NCBI GenBank assembly: GCA_963796365.1
Contig: CAWCLJ010000004.1
Span: 1,229,208-1,293,207, forward strand
Length of the DNA stretch: 64,000 bases
Source: an uncultured Chloroflexia bacterium
GTDB taxonomy: Bacteria > Chloroflexota > Dehalococcoidia > Dehalococcoidales > RBG-16-60-22
Direction of reading: 5' to 3'
Below, piece by piece: positions 9,943 to 19,670 of the stretch. Each line of letters begins with the position of its first letter. Position 1 is the first letter of the stretch. The notes under the pieces were generated by a model, which saw only the letters and a list, made by a program, of their open reading frames with translations, was not told where the DNA came from and did not search any database. The translations under genes and the position numbers were made by a program.

Positions 9943-10144
9943 AACGACAATTTATCATAGAAATATAAAAGCGTCCTGGCATGATTGCCGCACTGGCGGT
10001 TAATGCAGCCCCGGCAAATGTCTCTTTTCCAGCGGATGTAAACTGCTTCTATGTGTTTGCTTAGTTCATTCTATCACTTAATACGAATACACAACTTGCC
10101 GCCTGATTGATTATGCTGTAATTTCAAGGGGTTGCTGTCAACCG

Positions 10145-10993
10145 GTGGGAGTTGGTGTGAACGGATTGGTACTGGTCATATTTTACGGCAGTATTTTGTT
10201 CTGTATTTTCGCCTGCCTGTACAAGGTTTTGGTTTATGCCAGTTTCCCTATGCATCTCCGTTGGGAGATATATAAGAACAGTTCTGTTTATGAAACCGGA
10301 AATTTGTGGCGGAAAAAGGGTACCGGCTACGGTCAAAAGCTGGATAATATTTTTACGAACGTCGTCACCTTAAAGGAATATTATAAAAATAACAGGGCAT
10401 TCTGGCTGCCGCTTTACCCTTTCCATCTGGGCGTTTATCTACTGATAACCTGGCACGCATGGCTGTTTGTCTATTCGCTGGTCTTTCGTAAAAACTGGCC
10501 GGTCGGCTACTCTTTGATATGGGGCCATGCCGCCACCGGTCTGATATTCGCCGGGGCGCTTGGTGTCTTAATTTCCCGCCTTGTCAGCCGCTCTTTAAGG
10601 GCTACTTATCCCCGCTGGCATTATTTAAAGTGGCTTATGGTCATGGCGGCCGCCGCCACCGGCTTTATCGCCGTGCAGTTTTATTTTAACGGTGTCATGG
10701 CGGAAGTGCTCGGTTACGTTAGAGGTCAGCTCCAGTTTCACTGGGCGGAAAAAATGAACCCTCCCCTGTTGACTTCCCTGCACGTTTTGACCGTGTCGAT
10801 GGTGCTGGTGTATTTGCCTTTAAGCCATGCCGTCAGGCTTTTCTTCCGGTATTATCATGAATGGCGCTGGAATTTTATTCCTATCCTGCATATTACCCGG
10901 GTGAGCAAAAAAACTAAGAATATGCTTGAATATCCCGTTACCTGGGCAGCCAAACACGCTGCGGCGGGGACGTTATGGAAGGACCTTGCATAA
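10145..10993 (+). CDS. DsrM/HmeC-like membrane cytochrome b (NarI family)
   Basis: PMHLRWEIY, several TM helices with His residues, upstream of a DsrK-like gene; start uncertain. Confidence 0.75.
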   Translation: MGVGVNGLVLVIFYGSILFCIFACLYKVLVYASFPMHLRWEIYKNSSVYETGNLWRKKGTGYGQKLDNIFTNVVTLKEYYKNNRAFWLPLYPFHLGVYLLITWHAWLFVYSLVFRKNWPVGYSLIWGHAATGLIFAGALGVLISRLVSRSLRATYPRWHYLKWLMVMAAAATGFIAVQFYFNGVMAEVLGYVRGQLQFHWAEKMNPPLLTSLHVLTVSMVLVYLPLSHAVRLFFRYYHEWRWNFIPILHITRVSKKTKNMLEYPVTWAAKHAAAGTLWKDLA

Positions 10994-11006
10994 ACAGGAA
11001 TAAAAA

Positions 11007-12569
11007 ATGGCTAATGCTAAAACAACGATTTATGCAAAAACTCATAGCCGTCCGGTAGAACGCATCGAGCCGGACAAACTTCTGGCATTGCCTTTCCTGG
11101 ACGACGGATGCCGGGCTATCCGTGAAGGCGAGTGTAACATCAGCCGGAGCCTGGATGGCGTTTCCGCCCTGTGTTTGTCCGAACTCGGTTCCCGCATGGA
11201 TGAGCGGATCATGGCTGCCAAATTCATTTCCGGGTTAAGGAAACTGTTTTCGCCGGCCGATAACTGGACCTTCGCCCAGCAGTTGCATCTTTCGCTGGAA
11301 AACTGTGTCCATTGCCATACTTGTGATGCCGCCTGCCCGGTCTATATTTCGAGCGGGAAAAAGGAAATATACCGTCCCACCTTCAGGCTGGAACTGCTGC
11401 AAAAATTAAAAAAACAGTATGCGGATGACAACCTTTTCAGATGGTCATATTCCCTGCCGGACTGGCACCTGATAGCGAGGCTGGCGGAACTGTCCTACCG
11501 GTGTACGCTCTGCCGCCGCTGCGCTATGGTGTGCCCGATGGGTGTAGATAACGGCCTGATTACCAGGGAAATCCGTAAACTTTTCAGCCAGGAAATGGGG
11601 ATTGCGCCGGAGGGGCTGCACGCCAATGGCACCGTTAAGCAGCTGGAGCCGCTCACCGCCCCGATAACGCCGATGGATATTACGCTGCTGGAACAAAAGA
11701 TAAAGCAGATAACGGGGCGGAGAATCAAAGTCCCGATGGATAAGATGGATGCTGATGCAGTGGTTATGTACACGCCGTATGACCATCCTGCCCATATGGA
11801 AAATGCGGCGGCCATGGCGATAGTGATGAACGCTTCCGGCATGGACTGGACATTTTCTAACCAGATCGACCGCCAGACGAATAATTACGGTGCTTGGTAT
11901 GATGATATCCAGCTTACGAGGATAGCCGGCGCCCAGGCGAAAATAGCCAGGAATCTCCGGGCGAAAAGAATCATGCTTGGGGAAGGGTGTGCGCATACCT
12001 ATAATGCCTCGATAATCATGTCGGACAGGCTGTTAGCTAAAGAAGTCAATGTTCCCCGTGAAACATACCTCCCGATACTGGAAGATATTGTTTGTAACCA
12101 CAAAATTAAGACTAATCCCCGGAAGTTGAATTTCCCCGTAACCCTCCATGACCCGTGTAATATCGTCCGCCAGATGGGCATCGTCAACCCGCAGCGGAAT
12201 GTCCTTAAAGAAATTTGCCCGAATTTCCGTGAGATGGAGCCTCACGGGGTGGATAATTTCTGCTGCGGCGGCGGCAGCGGCTTCGTGCTTATCCAGGGGC
12301 CGGATTTCATGGACTGGAAGGCGCTGGTCTCCGGCCGGATGAAAGTCAAGCAAATACTGGAAGCATTTAAAGACGAGTTATATAACCCGACTTATAAATA
12401 TATTTGCAGCCCCTGCTTGAGCTGCCGCGTGCAGATTAATTGGCTCCTGGACTTTTACGGATTGCGGGAAAAGTATTTTATTTATTGCGGCGGGCTGCTT
12501 AACCTGGTCTTGAATGCCATGGAAGATGTAAAATCGCCGCCGCCGCTATTCACCGTCAATTATGCCTGA
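11007..12569 (+). CDS. DsrK/HmeD/HdrD-like Fe-S oxidoreductase
   Basis: Two CxxCxxCxxxCP motifs, HDPCN, CCGGG (CCG domain). Confidence 0.85.
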   Translation: MANAKTTIYAKTHSRPVERIEPDKLLALPFLDDGCRAIREGECNISRSLDGVSALCLSELGSRMDERIMAAKFISGLRKLFSPADNWTFAQQLHLSLENCVHCHTCDAACPVYISSGKKEIYRPTFRLELLQKLKKQYADDNLFRWSYSLPDWHLIARLAELSYRCTLCRRCAMVCPMGVDNGLITREIRKLFSQEMGIAPEGLHANGTVKQLEPLTAPITPMDITLLEQKIKQITGRRIKVPMDKMDADAVVMYTPYDHPAHMENAAAMAIVMNASGMDWTFSNQIDRQTNNYGAWYDDIQLTRIAGAQAKIARNLRAKRIMLGEGCAHTYNASIIMSDRLLAKEVNVPRETYLPILEDIVCNHKIKTNPRKLNFPVTLHDPCNIVRQMGIVNPQRNVLKEICPNFREMEPHGVDNFCCGGGSGFVLIQGPDFMDWKALVSGRMKVKQILEAFKDELYNPTYKYICSPCLSCRVQINWLLDFYGLREKYFIYCGGLLNLVLNAMEDVKSPPPLFTVNYA

Positions 12570-12603
12570 CGACCGGTAGACGACAAAATAGTATAATGCT
12601 ACT

Positions 12604-12992
12604 ATGGCCACAGGAAAATTCGGTACCGCCATAAATTGCATGGACGGGCGGGCGCAGTTGCCGGTTATCAACTGGATGAAGAAACAGTTCCGCCTGGACT
12701 GTATCGATATGATAACCGAGCCTGGGTAGATAAAGTGCTTGCTTCCGGCACCTTTAATCAGCTTGAAGCTTTAAAATCGAAGGCGCAGGTTTCCGTCAAC
12801 ACTCACGGTTCCCGGATTATCGTCATCGCCGGGCACGATGATTGCGCCGGCAACCCGGCGACGCCGGAAGAACATAAGTCGCAGATTTTGAAAGCGGCGG
12901 AAAAAGTCCGTGCCTGGAAGCTGCCGGCTGAAAAAATAATCCCGGTCTTGATAAACAAGGACTGGGAAATCGAAGTTGTCGCGGCAAAGTGA
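12604..12992 (+). pseudogene. Small beta-carbonic-anhydrase-like protein, frameshifted near 12725
   Basis: MATGKFGTAINCMDGR...ITEPG in one frame continues as VDKVL...GHDDCAG in another; one G missing in a G run. Confidence 0.7.
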
Positions 12993-13080
12993 CCGCGCAA
13001 AATTACCGTTCTTCTCAAAACCACCGGGCTATCACTGCCATGATTTCAGATTTCCCTTTACAATTATAATTCTTTGTTTC

Positions 13081-13122
13081 TTGACAAAACCGCGATAACT
13101 GTTATAATAATACTATAACAGT
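13081..13122 (+). promoter_or_regulatory. Sigma70 promoter overlapped by a GntR/YtrA-type operator
   Basis: TTGACA 13081, TATAAT 13103; inverted repeat ACTGTTATA-N7-TATAACAGT at 13098-13122. Confidence 0.7.
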
Positions 13123-13127
13123 AAAGC

Positions 13128-13520
13128 GTGAACATGATGTGGATTTCGATTAATGAAAAAGATGACCGGCCCATTTACCTGCAAATCATTAACCAGTTGA
13201 AAGAACAGGTAAGTAACGGCACTCTCAAACCGGGGGATGAGCTGCCTTCCGTCAGGGAGCTGGCTGACAGCCTGGGGATTAATCTCCACACCGTACGCAG
13301 CGCCTATTTAAAGCTGCGCGACCAGGGCGTTATCGTCCTGCATTTGGGCCGCCGGGCAAAAATCGCCAAAATTCAGCATTCTTTATCCGCCAAAGTTGTT
13401 GAAGCCCAACTGGAACAAAAAATCAAAGAGTTGATTACGGATGCCAGCCTGTTGGGCCTTTCCCCGGATGAAATCCGCAGCCTCGTTAACCGGCAACTTA
13501 ACCGGAACAAGGAAAGTTAA
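13128..13520 (+). CDS. GntR (YtrA subfamily) regulator
   Basis: PIYLQI...LPSVRELA...NLHTVRSAY. Confidence 0.9.
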   Translation: MNMMWISINEKDDRPIYLQIINQLKEQVSNGTLKPGDELPSVRELADSLGINLHTVRSAYLKLRDQGVIVLHLGRRAKIAKIQHSLSAKVVEAQLEQKIKELITDASLLGLSPDEIRSLVNRQLNRNKES

Positions 13521-13523
13521 GCC

Positions 13524-14538
13524 ATGACTTTTAACAAGGGAACGCAACAACGAAGACTTATTCACCCGCTTTGGGTACATTTACCGGCGGCAGCCGCGCT
13601 GATTGCTTTGATTGTTTATTTGATACGCAGCCTGCCGCTGCCGTCTAATGCGCCCGTTCACTTCGGGTTAAACGGCCGGCCGGATAGTTACGGTTCGCCG
13701 TGGGGAGTTGTGGTTGCGTCGCTGGGTTTATCGGTGTTTTTTTATTATCGTTTCCGGTCTTATCGATGAACTCTGGGCCCGGCAGGAAAAGAAAAAAGCC
13801 TTTAACTGGCTGTGCTGGCTGGACGGCTTTGTTGTAGGCTGGATGGCCGGCACCGCTATTGATTATCTGCGATTTTTACAAAGCAGCGCGTCCGCATATA
13901 CTTTACACCGGTTTTTGATAGGCGGCATAGCCGGCGGTGCGTTATTGCTTTCGCTGTCACTCGAGATTATTCGTCCTTACCGTCCTTATGCCTGGAAGCC
14001 GGTCACTCACGATACGCCTTTTTCGGAAGGGGAACTGGCCCGGCAAATAAAAGAAAATGCCGCTTTTCTATACTGGGACAGCCAGAGCCCGTTTTGGGTT
14101 ACGCTGCTGGCCGTATTATTGCCGCTCGTGTTTATTGGCGTTGCGGCAGGAGTCTGGGCAAGCGCCGGATGGGGTGCTTTTACACTCGTATTTTTTGGCT
14201 TGAGCGCGTTAATCACCATAGGAATGGTCGCTTTTGCTTATGGCGGTCAGCGTATCCTGGTGACGCGGCAGGAACTTGACGTGCGGTGGGGTTCGGCGGG
14301 CATAAAAGTCCTGCATTTAAATACAGCAAATATTACGGATACAGCACTAATGGAATTTGCCCCTTTCCGGGACTTTGGAGGGTATGGTATACGTTACGGC
14401 AAGGGCATGAAGGCTTACTTTTTCCGCGGCAATCGTGGTATCGTGTTAACAACGATGAACGGCAAGAAATATCTCGTGGGTTCGGACCACCCGGAACGTT
14501 TGCTGAATATCCTGCAGATGGTAAGGGGAAGGAAATAA
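13524..14538 (+). pseudogene. DUF1648-type membrane protein, frameshift in a T run at ~13740
   Basis: LPSNAPVHFGLNGRPDSYGS in ORF1 continues as FIIVSGLIDE... in ORF2; C-terminal FGGYGIR. Confidence 0.7.
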
Positions 14539-14546
14539 ATCAATCT

Positions 14547-14939
14547 CTAGACTGACGATTCTTTCTTCAGGGTCTGTTTTATCAACTCTTGAATTTGTGA
14601 CGGCGTAAAAGGTTTCATCAGGTACGGCCGGTTAATCCGCTGCAGGAATTGTGCGGTGGCTGTGTTAAGACTGTCCCCGGTCATAAAAAGCACTCTCTCC
14701 GTCCGTTCGCGGTGCTCTTTTTCGAAGTGTTCAAACAGCTGGATACCGCTCATTACCGGGGTCTGGATATCGAATATAAACAAATCGTATTGTTTCCCGG
14801 CGTTTATTTTCGCTTTGGCAATACTTCCGTTTTCGGCGGTATCTATTTCAAATCCATCGGCTTTAAGCGTCCGGGACAGGACGGTGGAGATTACCGGTTC
14901 ATCTTCCAGGATTAATACTCTTTTTTGTGTATCAGGCAT
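14547..14939 (-). CDS. Single-domain response regulator
   Basis: LILEDE, FDIQTP, MTG, KPF. Confidence 0.9.
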   Translation of the reverse strand: MPDTQKRVLILEDEPVISTVLSRTLKADGFEIDTAENGSIAKAKINAGKQYDLFIFDIQTPVMSGIQLFEHFEKEHRERTERVLFMTGDSLNTATAQFLQRINRPYLMKPFTPSQIQELIKQTLKKESSV

Positions 14940-14949
14940 TCGGCTTTGC

Positions 14950-17055
14950 CTACTTGGCGGGCGGAATGTTAAGCGGTAATTCCACGACAAAGGTGGCTCC
15001 GTTCCCGAATTTACTTGTGGCATATATGTTCCCGCTATGCGCGGTCACGATACCGTAACTGATGCTTAGTCCCAGCCCGGTGCCTTTTCCCGCCTCTTTC
15101 GTGGTAAAGAACGGGTCGAAGATATGCCGCAGGTTCCCGGGCTCTATACCCGGGCCGTCATCGGTAAATGTTATCCGCAGCATGTTGCCCGCGGCTTCCG
15201 TCTTAATTTTTAATATTCCTTTGCCGTGTGCATTTACCATGGCATATTCGGCGTTCAGTATGATATTGATGAACACCTGCTGTATCTGCGAGTAGTCGAC
15301 CATGATATCCGGCAGGCTTTCATCCAGTTCTTTTACGGTTTTGATATTATTCACCCCGTGCTCGTAAGAACGCAGCCTTAATACATCATTGATTAGTTTA
15401 TTGATGTTGGCGGACTGCTTGACCGTGGCATTTTTCCTCGCGAAACTTAAGAGGTTCCTGACGATGCCGGCCGCCCGGTGGGATTCGCTTTTAATTAAGC
15501 TCATATCTTCCTTCACGTTTTCTGGTATCTCGTCGCGCATGACTATTTCAGAAAGGCCGATGATGCTGGTTAGCGGATTATTCAACTCATGCGCAATACC
15601 CGAGGCCATTTCACCGACCGATGCCAGCCGGTCCGTCAGGTACAGGCTCTCCTGTTTGGCCCGCTCTTCGCTGATATCCGTGAGATAAAGAATATAAAGC
15701 TCTTCTTCCTTCAGACGTGCAAAGTTGGCGATATAAATCTTGTTTACCCCGTTGCGTACACGGTGGATTTCTTTTTTGAAGCTGTTCATCCGGCTTAACC
15801 TGAAATTATTGATTTCTATGGCGATATCGCTCATATCCGGCAGGTCTTCCAGCTTTAAGCCCAGCATGTTGCGGTTTTTCAGGTCGAACATGACCCGGAA
15901 TGTATCGTTAAGCAGCATGATATCACCGTTCTCGTTTACCGCCACGATTCCGTTGGGGATGATGGACATGATATTCCCGATGACTTCTTTCTGGGATTGC
16001 CGTCTCATCTCAGATTTCTCCAGGGACTCCAGCATGCCGTTGATATTATCCGCCAGCCGGGATAATTCATCGTTGCCTTTAATTTGAACACGGTTTGAAA
16101 TTTCCCCCCTTGAGCCGATGGCATTAACGGCGCTGGTCAATGTTGTAAGCCTGGAGAGAATCATACGGCGGAAGAAGAAAATAAGGACGGCGCCAAACGC
16201 AATAGCGATAACTAACAGCGAAGCAGGCAGATATGTTACTGCACTTTGCCCCCGGGCAAATATATCTCTGGGCACCGATACTTTGTATACAAAAGCCGGA
16301 TTTCCGTTAAGGTCTTTAATTTCTCCGTAACCGTCGATGGTATTATTGTTTTCTGTTTTCACGTAAGCAGCGCCGGGAACGGTTAATGAATTCAAAGCAG
16401 TATCCAGTTCGGGGGTCTTGCCGGGGCTTTTCATGGGGAGAATCGAGACCGGGAATTGCACATCTGCAGATAATGTCTTTATAACGGCATCATCGATAAA
16501 GCGGCCTACCAGCAAATAGCCGGCAACGGGGCCCTGGTCCAGGCCGGTAAGTATAGGTCTCAAAGCGGTCATTAAAGGTTGACCGGATAAAATCGTTACC
16601 CCCTTGAATTCTTTTTGTAGATTCACCGTGTTTTTCATAAATGAAGAAGACAGGAATGCAGGCAGGCTTTCGGGGAGGTCGGTGTCCCGCTCGTTGATAA
16701 CGTCATAGGCTTTACCGTACAACATTTCACCTTTGGTATTTAATACCAGAAAAAGGTTTATATCCTGGCTTTTAAAGGTTTCGTCCGTCAGGTTCTTCGT
16801 AGCATATTCCGGGTTATGACCGGAAGCAAAGTTATAGGTATCGTCCCAGCTGGCCCGGTCCTGGCAGAGAGCATCGAGTGTATTAAGCTTGTCGCTGATA
16901 ACATCTGCTACCCCTGTTACATTCCGCTCGACCTGCTGGTTTTCCAGCGTTTCAAAACCTTTAAGATAAATGAAGTTGGAAATCAAAAATACCACCAGGA
17001 AAAGGACAACGGTGACGCCGATGACCATTAAAATCGTTTTTCTGACTATTGGCAT
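14950..17055 (-). CDS. Sensor histidine kinase (CHASE4-HAMP-PAS-HisKA)
   Basis: ASWDDTYNF, IAHELNNPL, DDGPG, GTGLGL. Confidence 0.9.
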   Translation of the reverse strand: MPIVRKTILMVIGVTVVLFLVVFLISNFIYLKGFETLENQQVERNVTGVADVISDKLNTLDALCQDRASWDDTYNFASGHNPEYATKNLTDETFKSQDINLFLVLNTKGEMLYGKAYDVINERDTDLPESLPAFLSSSFMKNTVNLQKEFKGVTILSGQPLMTALRPILTGLDQGPVAGYLLVGRFIDDAVIKTLSADVQFPVSILPMKSPGKTPELDTALNSLTVPGAAYVKTENNNTIDGYGEIKDLNGNPAFVYKVSVPRDIFARGQSAVTYLPASLLVIAIAFGAVLIFFFRRMILSRLTTLTSAVNAIGSRGEISNRVQIKGNDELSRLADNINGMLESLEKSEMRRQSQKEVIGNIMSIIPNGIVAVNENGDIMLLNDTFRVMFDLKNRNMLGLKLEDLPDMSDIAIEINNFRLSRMNSFKKEIHRVRNGVNKIYIANFARLKEEELYILYLTDISEERAKQESLYLTDRLASVGEMASGIAHELNNPLTSIIGLSEIVMRDEIPENVKEDMSLIKSESHRAAGIVRNLLSFARKNATVKQSANINKLINDVLRLRSYEHGVNNIKTVKELDESLPDIMVDYSQIQQVFINIILNAEYAMVNAHGKGILKIKTEAAGNMLRITFTDDGPGIEPGNLRHIFDPFFTTKEAGKGTGLGLSISYGIVTAHSGNIYATSKFGNGATFVVELPLNIPPAK

Positions 17056-17280
17056 TTTTCTTAACGGACCGTCTAAGATGCTCCCGTATTATTACCAGAG
17101 TGGTGGCAAGATTATAAACAATCTGATGCGATTTGTAAAATTATCACGAATGGCAGGGCCTTTTTCGCCCGCAATCAGGTTCTTTAAGCGGGCTTTTGTT
17201 AAGGGACTTGACAGCGTGGTATAATAGGGTTAAGTTCAAGTTTAGGTTGTTACAAGCTCTGTGGAAACTAATAAAGTAAT

Positions 17281-17342
17281 TCCTCTCGAGTGCTGGATGA
17301 CCAAAACTCTAACTAATACGTAAGAGAGGAGGTCATCCAATG
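17281..17342 (+). promoter_or_regulatory. Structured 5' leader occluding the RBS
   Basis: TCCTCTC (17281-87) pairs with GAGAGGA (17324-30); TGGATGACC (17294-302) pairs with GGTCATCCA (17331-39). Confidence 0.5.
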
Positions 17343-17642
17343 GCTTTTCAAGACAAAACCCTTACATGTTCCGATTGCGGGAAGACCTTTACGTTCAGTG
17401 CCGAAGACCAGGAGTTTTTCCAGTCTAAAGGGTACACCAACGAACCGAAGCGTTGCCCCGAGTGCCGTCAGGCAAGGAAATCGGAACGGTTTGGCAGCAG
17501 CGGCGGCGGCGGCATGAGGCGTCAGATGTTCCCTGCCACCTGTGCCCAGTGCGGCAAGACGACCGAGGTCCCGTTCCAGCCCCGCGGCGATAAACCCGTT
17601 TATTGCTCCGATTGTTACCGCAAGATTAGACCCGCCCGGTAA
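17340..17642 (+). CDS. Zinc-ribbon / CxxC-x17-CxxC domain protein
   Basis: DKTLTCSDCG..F.F...Q.F, PKRCPEC, CAQCG..PFQP...PVYCSDC. Confidence 0.9.
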   Translation: MAFQDKTLTCSDCGKTFTFSAEDQEFFQSKGYTNEPKRCPECRQARKSERFGSSGGGGMRRQMFPATCAQCGKTTEVPFQPRGDKPVYCSDCYRKIRPAR

Positions 17643-17659
17643 TTAAAAGGCTGACAGAC

Positions 17660-17696
17660 AAGAAAGCCGGTAGTTTTACGACTGCCGGCTTTTTTA
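17660..17696 (+). terminator. Intrinsic terminator
   Basis: AAAGCCGGTAG-loop-CTGCCGGCTTTTTT. Confidence 0.75.
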
Positions 17697-17704
17697 TATT
17701 CCCG

Positions 17705-17750
17705 TGTCATTGCGAGCCATCGAGACGAAGTCGAGAGGCGTGGCAATCTC
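17705..17750. repeat. GTCATT-type palindromic repeat (family A, half element)
   Basis: TGTCATTGCGAGCCAT...GGCGTGGCAATCTC, matches copies at 47111 and 49156. Confidence 0.75.
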
Positions 17751-17830
17751 ACTTCAGGGTATTGATTGAAAGTTCATTCTTCAGCAACCAATATTGATAT
17801 CCAAATTCTAAAACTTTATTGCCAAATTAT

Positions 17831-18604
17831 TTAGCCTCTCGGCGAGTTCGGCGCGGAAACCTCGAAAATCTGCCCGGAAAGCTTGCTGGAAACATCGGAT
17901 ACCAGGAAAGCTACGGCATTAGCGATATCTTCCGGCGTGGTAGTTTTCCCGGCTTTAGCCAGCGCTTCGACGATGCCGGCCATGTGCGGGTCGTTCCCGC
18001 TGACTTTATGGAAGTTAGTGTTCCCAGGCCCGGGCGCAATAACGTTGACATTAATCCCTTTATACCCCACCTCCCCGGCCAGCGTTTTGCTAAACATCAC
18101 CGTACCGGCTTTGGCGGCAACATAGCTCGACGCGCCGGCGAGACCAGTGGGCTGGTGGGCGGCGTGGGTGGAGAAGTTAACGATTTTTCCGTAACCCCGT
18201 TCCAGCATATGGGGCAAGACCGCCTGCGTAAAGTTCATCGTCCCTTTAAGGTTGATGTTGATATCGATGTCCCACTGCTCCTCGGTGCTTTCTACAAAAG
18301 GCCGTAAGCCGCTGGCGCGCCCGGCGCAGTTGACCAGTATGTCTAGCCCGCCGAATTCCGCCAGGACTTTCTTGAACGCGGCATCTATTTCCGGTCTTTT
18401 GGCGATATCGACTTTTAAAGCCATCGTCTTATGACCTGATTTCTTTGCTTCCACCGCTGTCTTTTTAGCGCCTTCCAGGTCAACATCGATACAGGCGACG
18501 TCACAGCCCTCCTGCGCCAGCATCAAAGCGATGCCCCGCCCGAAGCCTATCTGGCTGCCCGTTCCCGTTACGATAGCTGTTTTACCCTTAAGTTTCAGGT
18601 CCAT
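17831..18604 (-). CDS. SDR oxidoreductase
   Basis: VTGTGSQIGFG, YVAAK; start chosen at MDLKLKG from the RBS. Confidence 0.9.
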   Translation of the reverse strand: MDLKLKGKTAIVTGTGSQIGFGRGIALMLAQEGCDVACIDVDLEGAKKTAVEAKKSGHKTMALKVDIAKRPEIDAAFKKVLAEFGGLDILVNCAGRASGLRPFVESTEEQWDIDININLKGTMNFTQAVLPHMLERGYGKIVNFSTHAAHQPTGLAGASSYVAAKAGTVMFSKTLAGEVGYKGINVNVIAPGPGNTNFHKVSGNDPHMAGIVEALAKAGKTTTPEDIANAVAFLVSDVSSKLSGQIFEVSAPNSPRG

Positions 18605-18744
18605 AATGGTCTCCTTCTTGTTCCCGTAAACCGATTTTAGCATTATAGTGTATATTGCTTCAAATACAGGGGAGGGAAGGAAAGTAGCAAGTAGCAATCG
18701 GTCAAGTAATAAGGAAATTTTAAGGAGTATAAGAGGAAATCATA

Positions 18745-18848
18745 AAAGAGAGTCCAGAGAGAAATCTCTCTGGCGGTCCGCCTGAGGCGGACGGGTGTGT
18801 CCCCCGGCCTCTTTTCTCACGTGTGGGGGGAATAGGGGGGTGACTAAA
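18745..18848 (+). repeat. Family B palindromic repeat (GAGTCCAGAG...CTCTGGCGG...GGGGGTTGA)
   Basis: Close similarity to 22507-22615 and to the reverse copy at 32678-32782. Confidence 0.8.
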
Positions 18849-19041
18849 AATTATTTAGAATTTTCTTGAGAATTGAAAATTGTTTGATTTAGATATTAGG
18901 GTTAAGAGTTTTACTTCTTCCTTTGTCACTTGTAACTTGATAGTTCCTTGATACTTGTTACTTGGCGGTTGTTACTTTATTAAATTTGGATTATCTTGAT
19001 AACTAGAGTCACCAAGCGACTATATTATATACTGGAGTAAC

Positions 19042-19575
19042 ATGAAAATAATCGGCATTTGCGGCTCTCCGCGGCGGGGCAATACCGAATGGTTGCTCAC
19101 CAAAATTTGTGAAGACCTGGAGAAGGGCGGAGCGGATGTGGAAATGATGCTGCTGCGTAAAATGGATATAAAAATGTGCCGCGGCTGCCTCTCCTGTGAA
19201 AAAGGCGGTAAAGAACGCAACGGCGATTGTGTTATCAAGGATGACATGGTCTCTGTCTATCCGAAACTTCTGGCGGCTGATGCTATCGTCCTGGCATCAC
19301 CGGGCTATATGGGTATGCTTTCCGGCCTGCTTAAAAACTTCCTCGATAGGACCTGCGCCGTCTGGCCGCGCCTGGAAGGCAAACGTATCGCCGGGCTGGC
19401 GGTAGCGGAAGAAACGACCGGACAGGTAATACAGAATTTAAGATATTACGCCAAACTACTCAAGATGCCGTGGGCGGGTAGTGTTTTTGTGTTTGCCAAG
19501 CTCCCCGGGGATGCGGTAAAAATACCGGGAATCGAAGGGCGCCTTAACCGGCTGGCAAAGAAGATTATTAGCTAA
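19042..19575 (+). CDS. Flavodoxin / iron-sulfur flavoprotein family
   Basis: GSPRRGNT, CxxCxxC...C.IKDD, ASPGY. Confidence 0.85.
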   Translation: MKIIGICGSPRRGNTEWLLTKICEDLEKGGADVEMMLLRKMDIKMCRGCLSCEKGGKERNGDCVIKDDMVSVYPKLLAADAIVLASPGYMGMLSGLLKNFLDRTCAVWPRLEGKRIAGLAVAEETTGQVIQNLRYYAKLLKMPWAGSVFVFAKLPGDAVKIPGIEGRLNRLAKKIIS

Positions 19576-19670
19576 AGCAGCCCTCATTATTTGATACATA
19601 TTTTTCAGAATTTGAACTCCGCGTGTCATCAATGTTATATTCAAAATAAAAAAAGCGAGTGTGAATCAAC

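Noticed and set aside
12720-12732. Amber readthrough (pyrrolysine) at the in-frame TAG
   Set aside because: The homologous-looking sequence continues in another frame, so it is an indel
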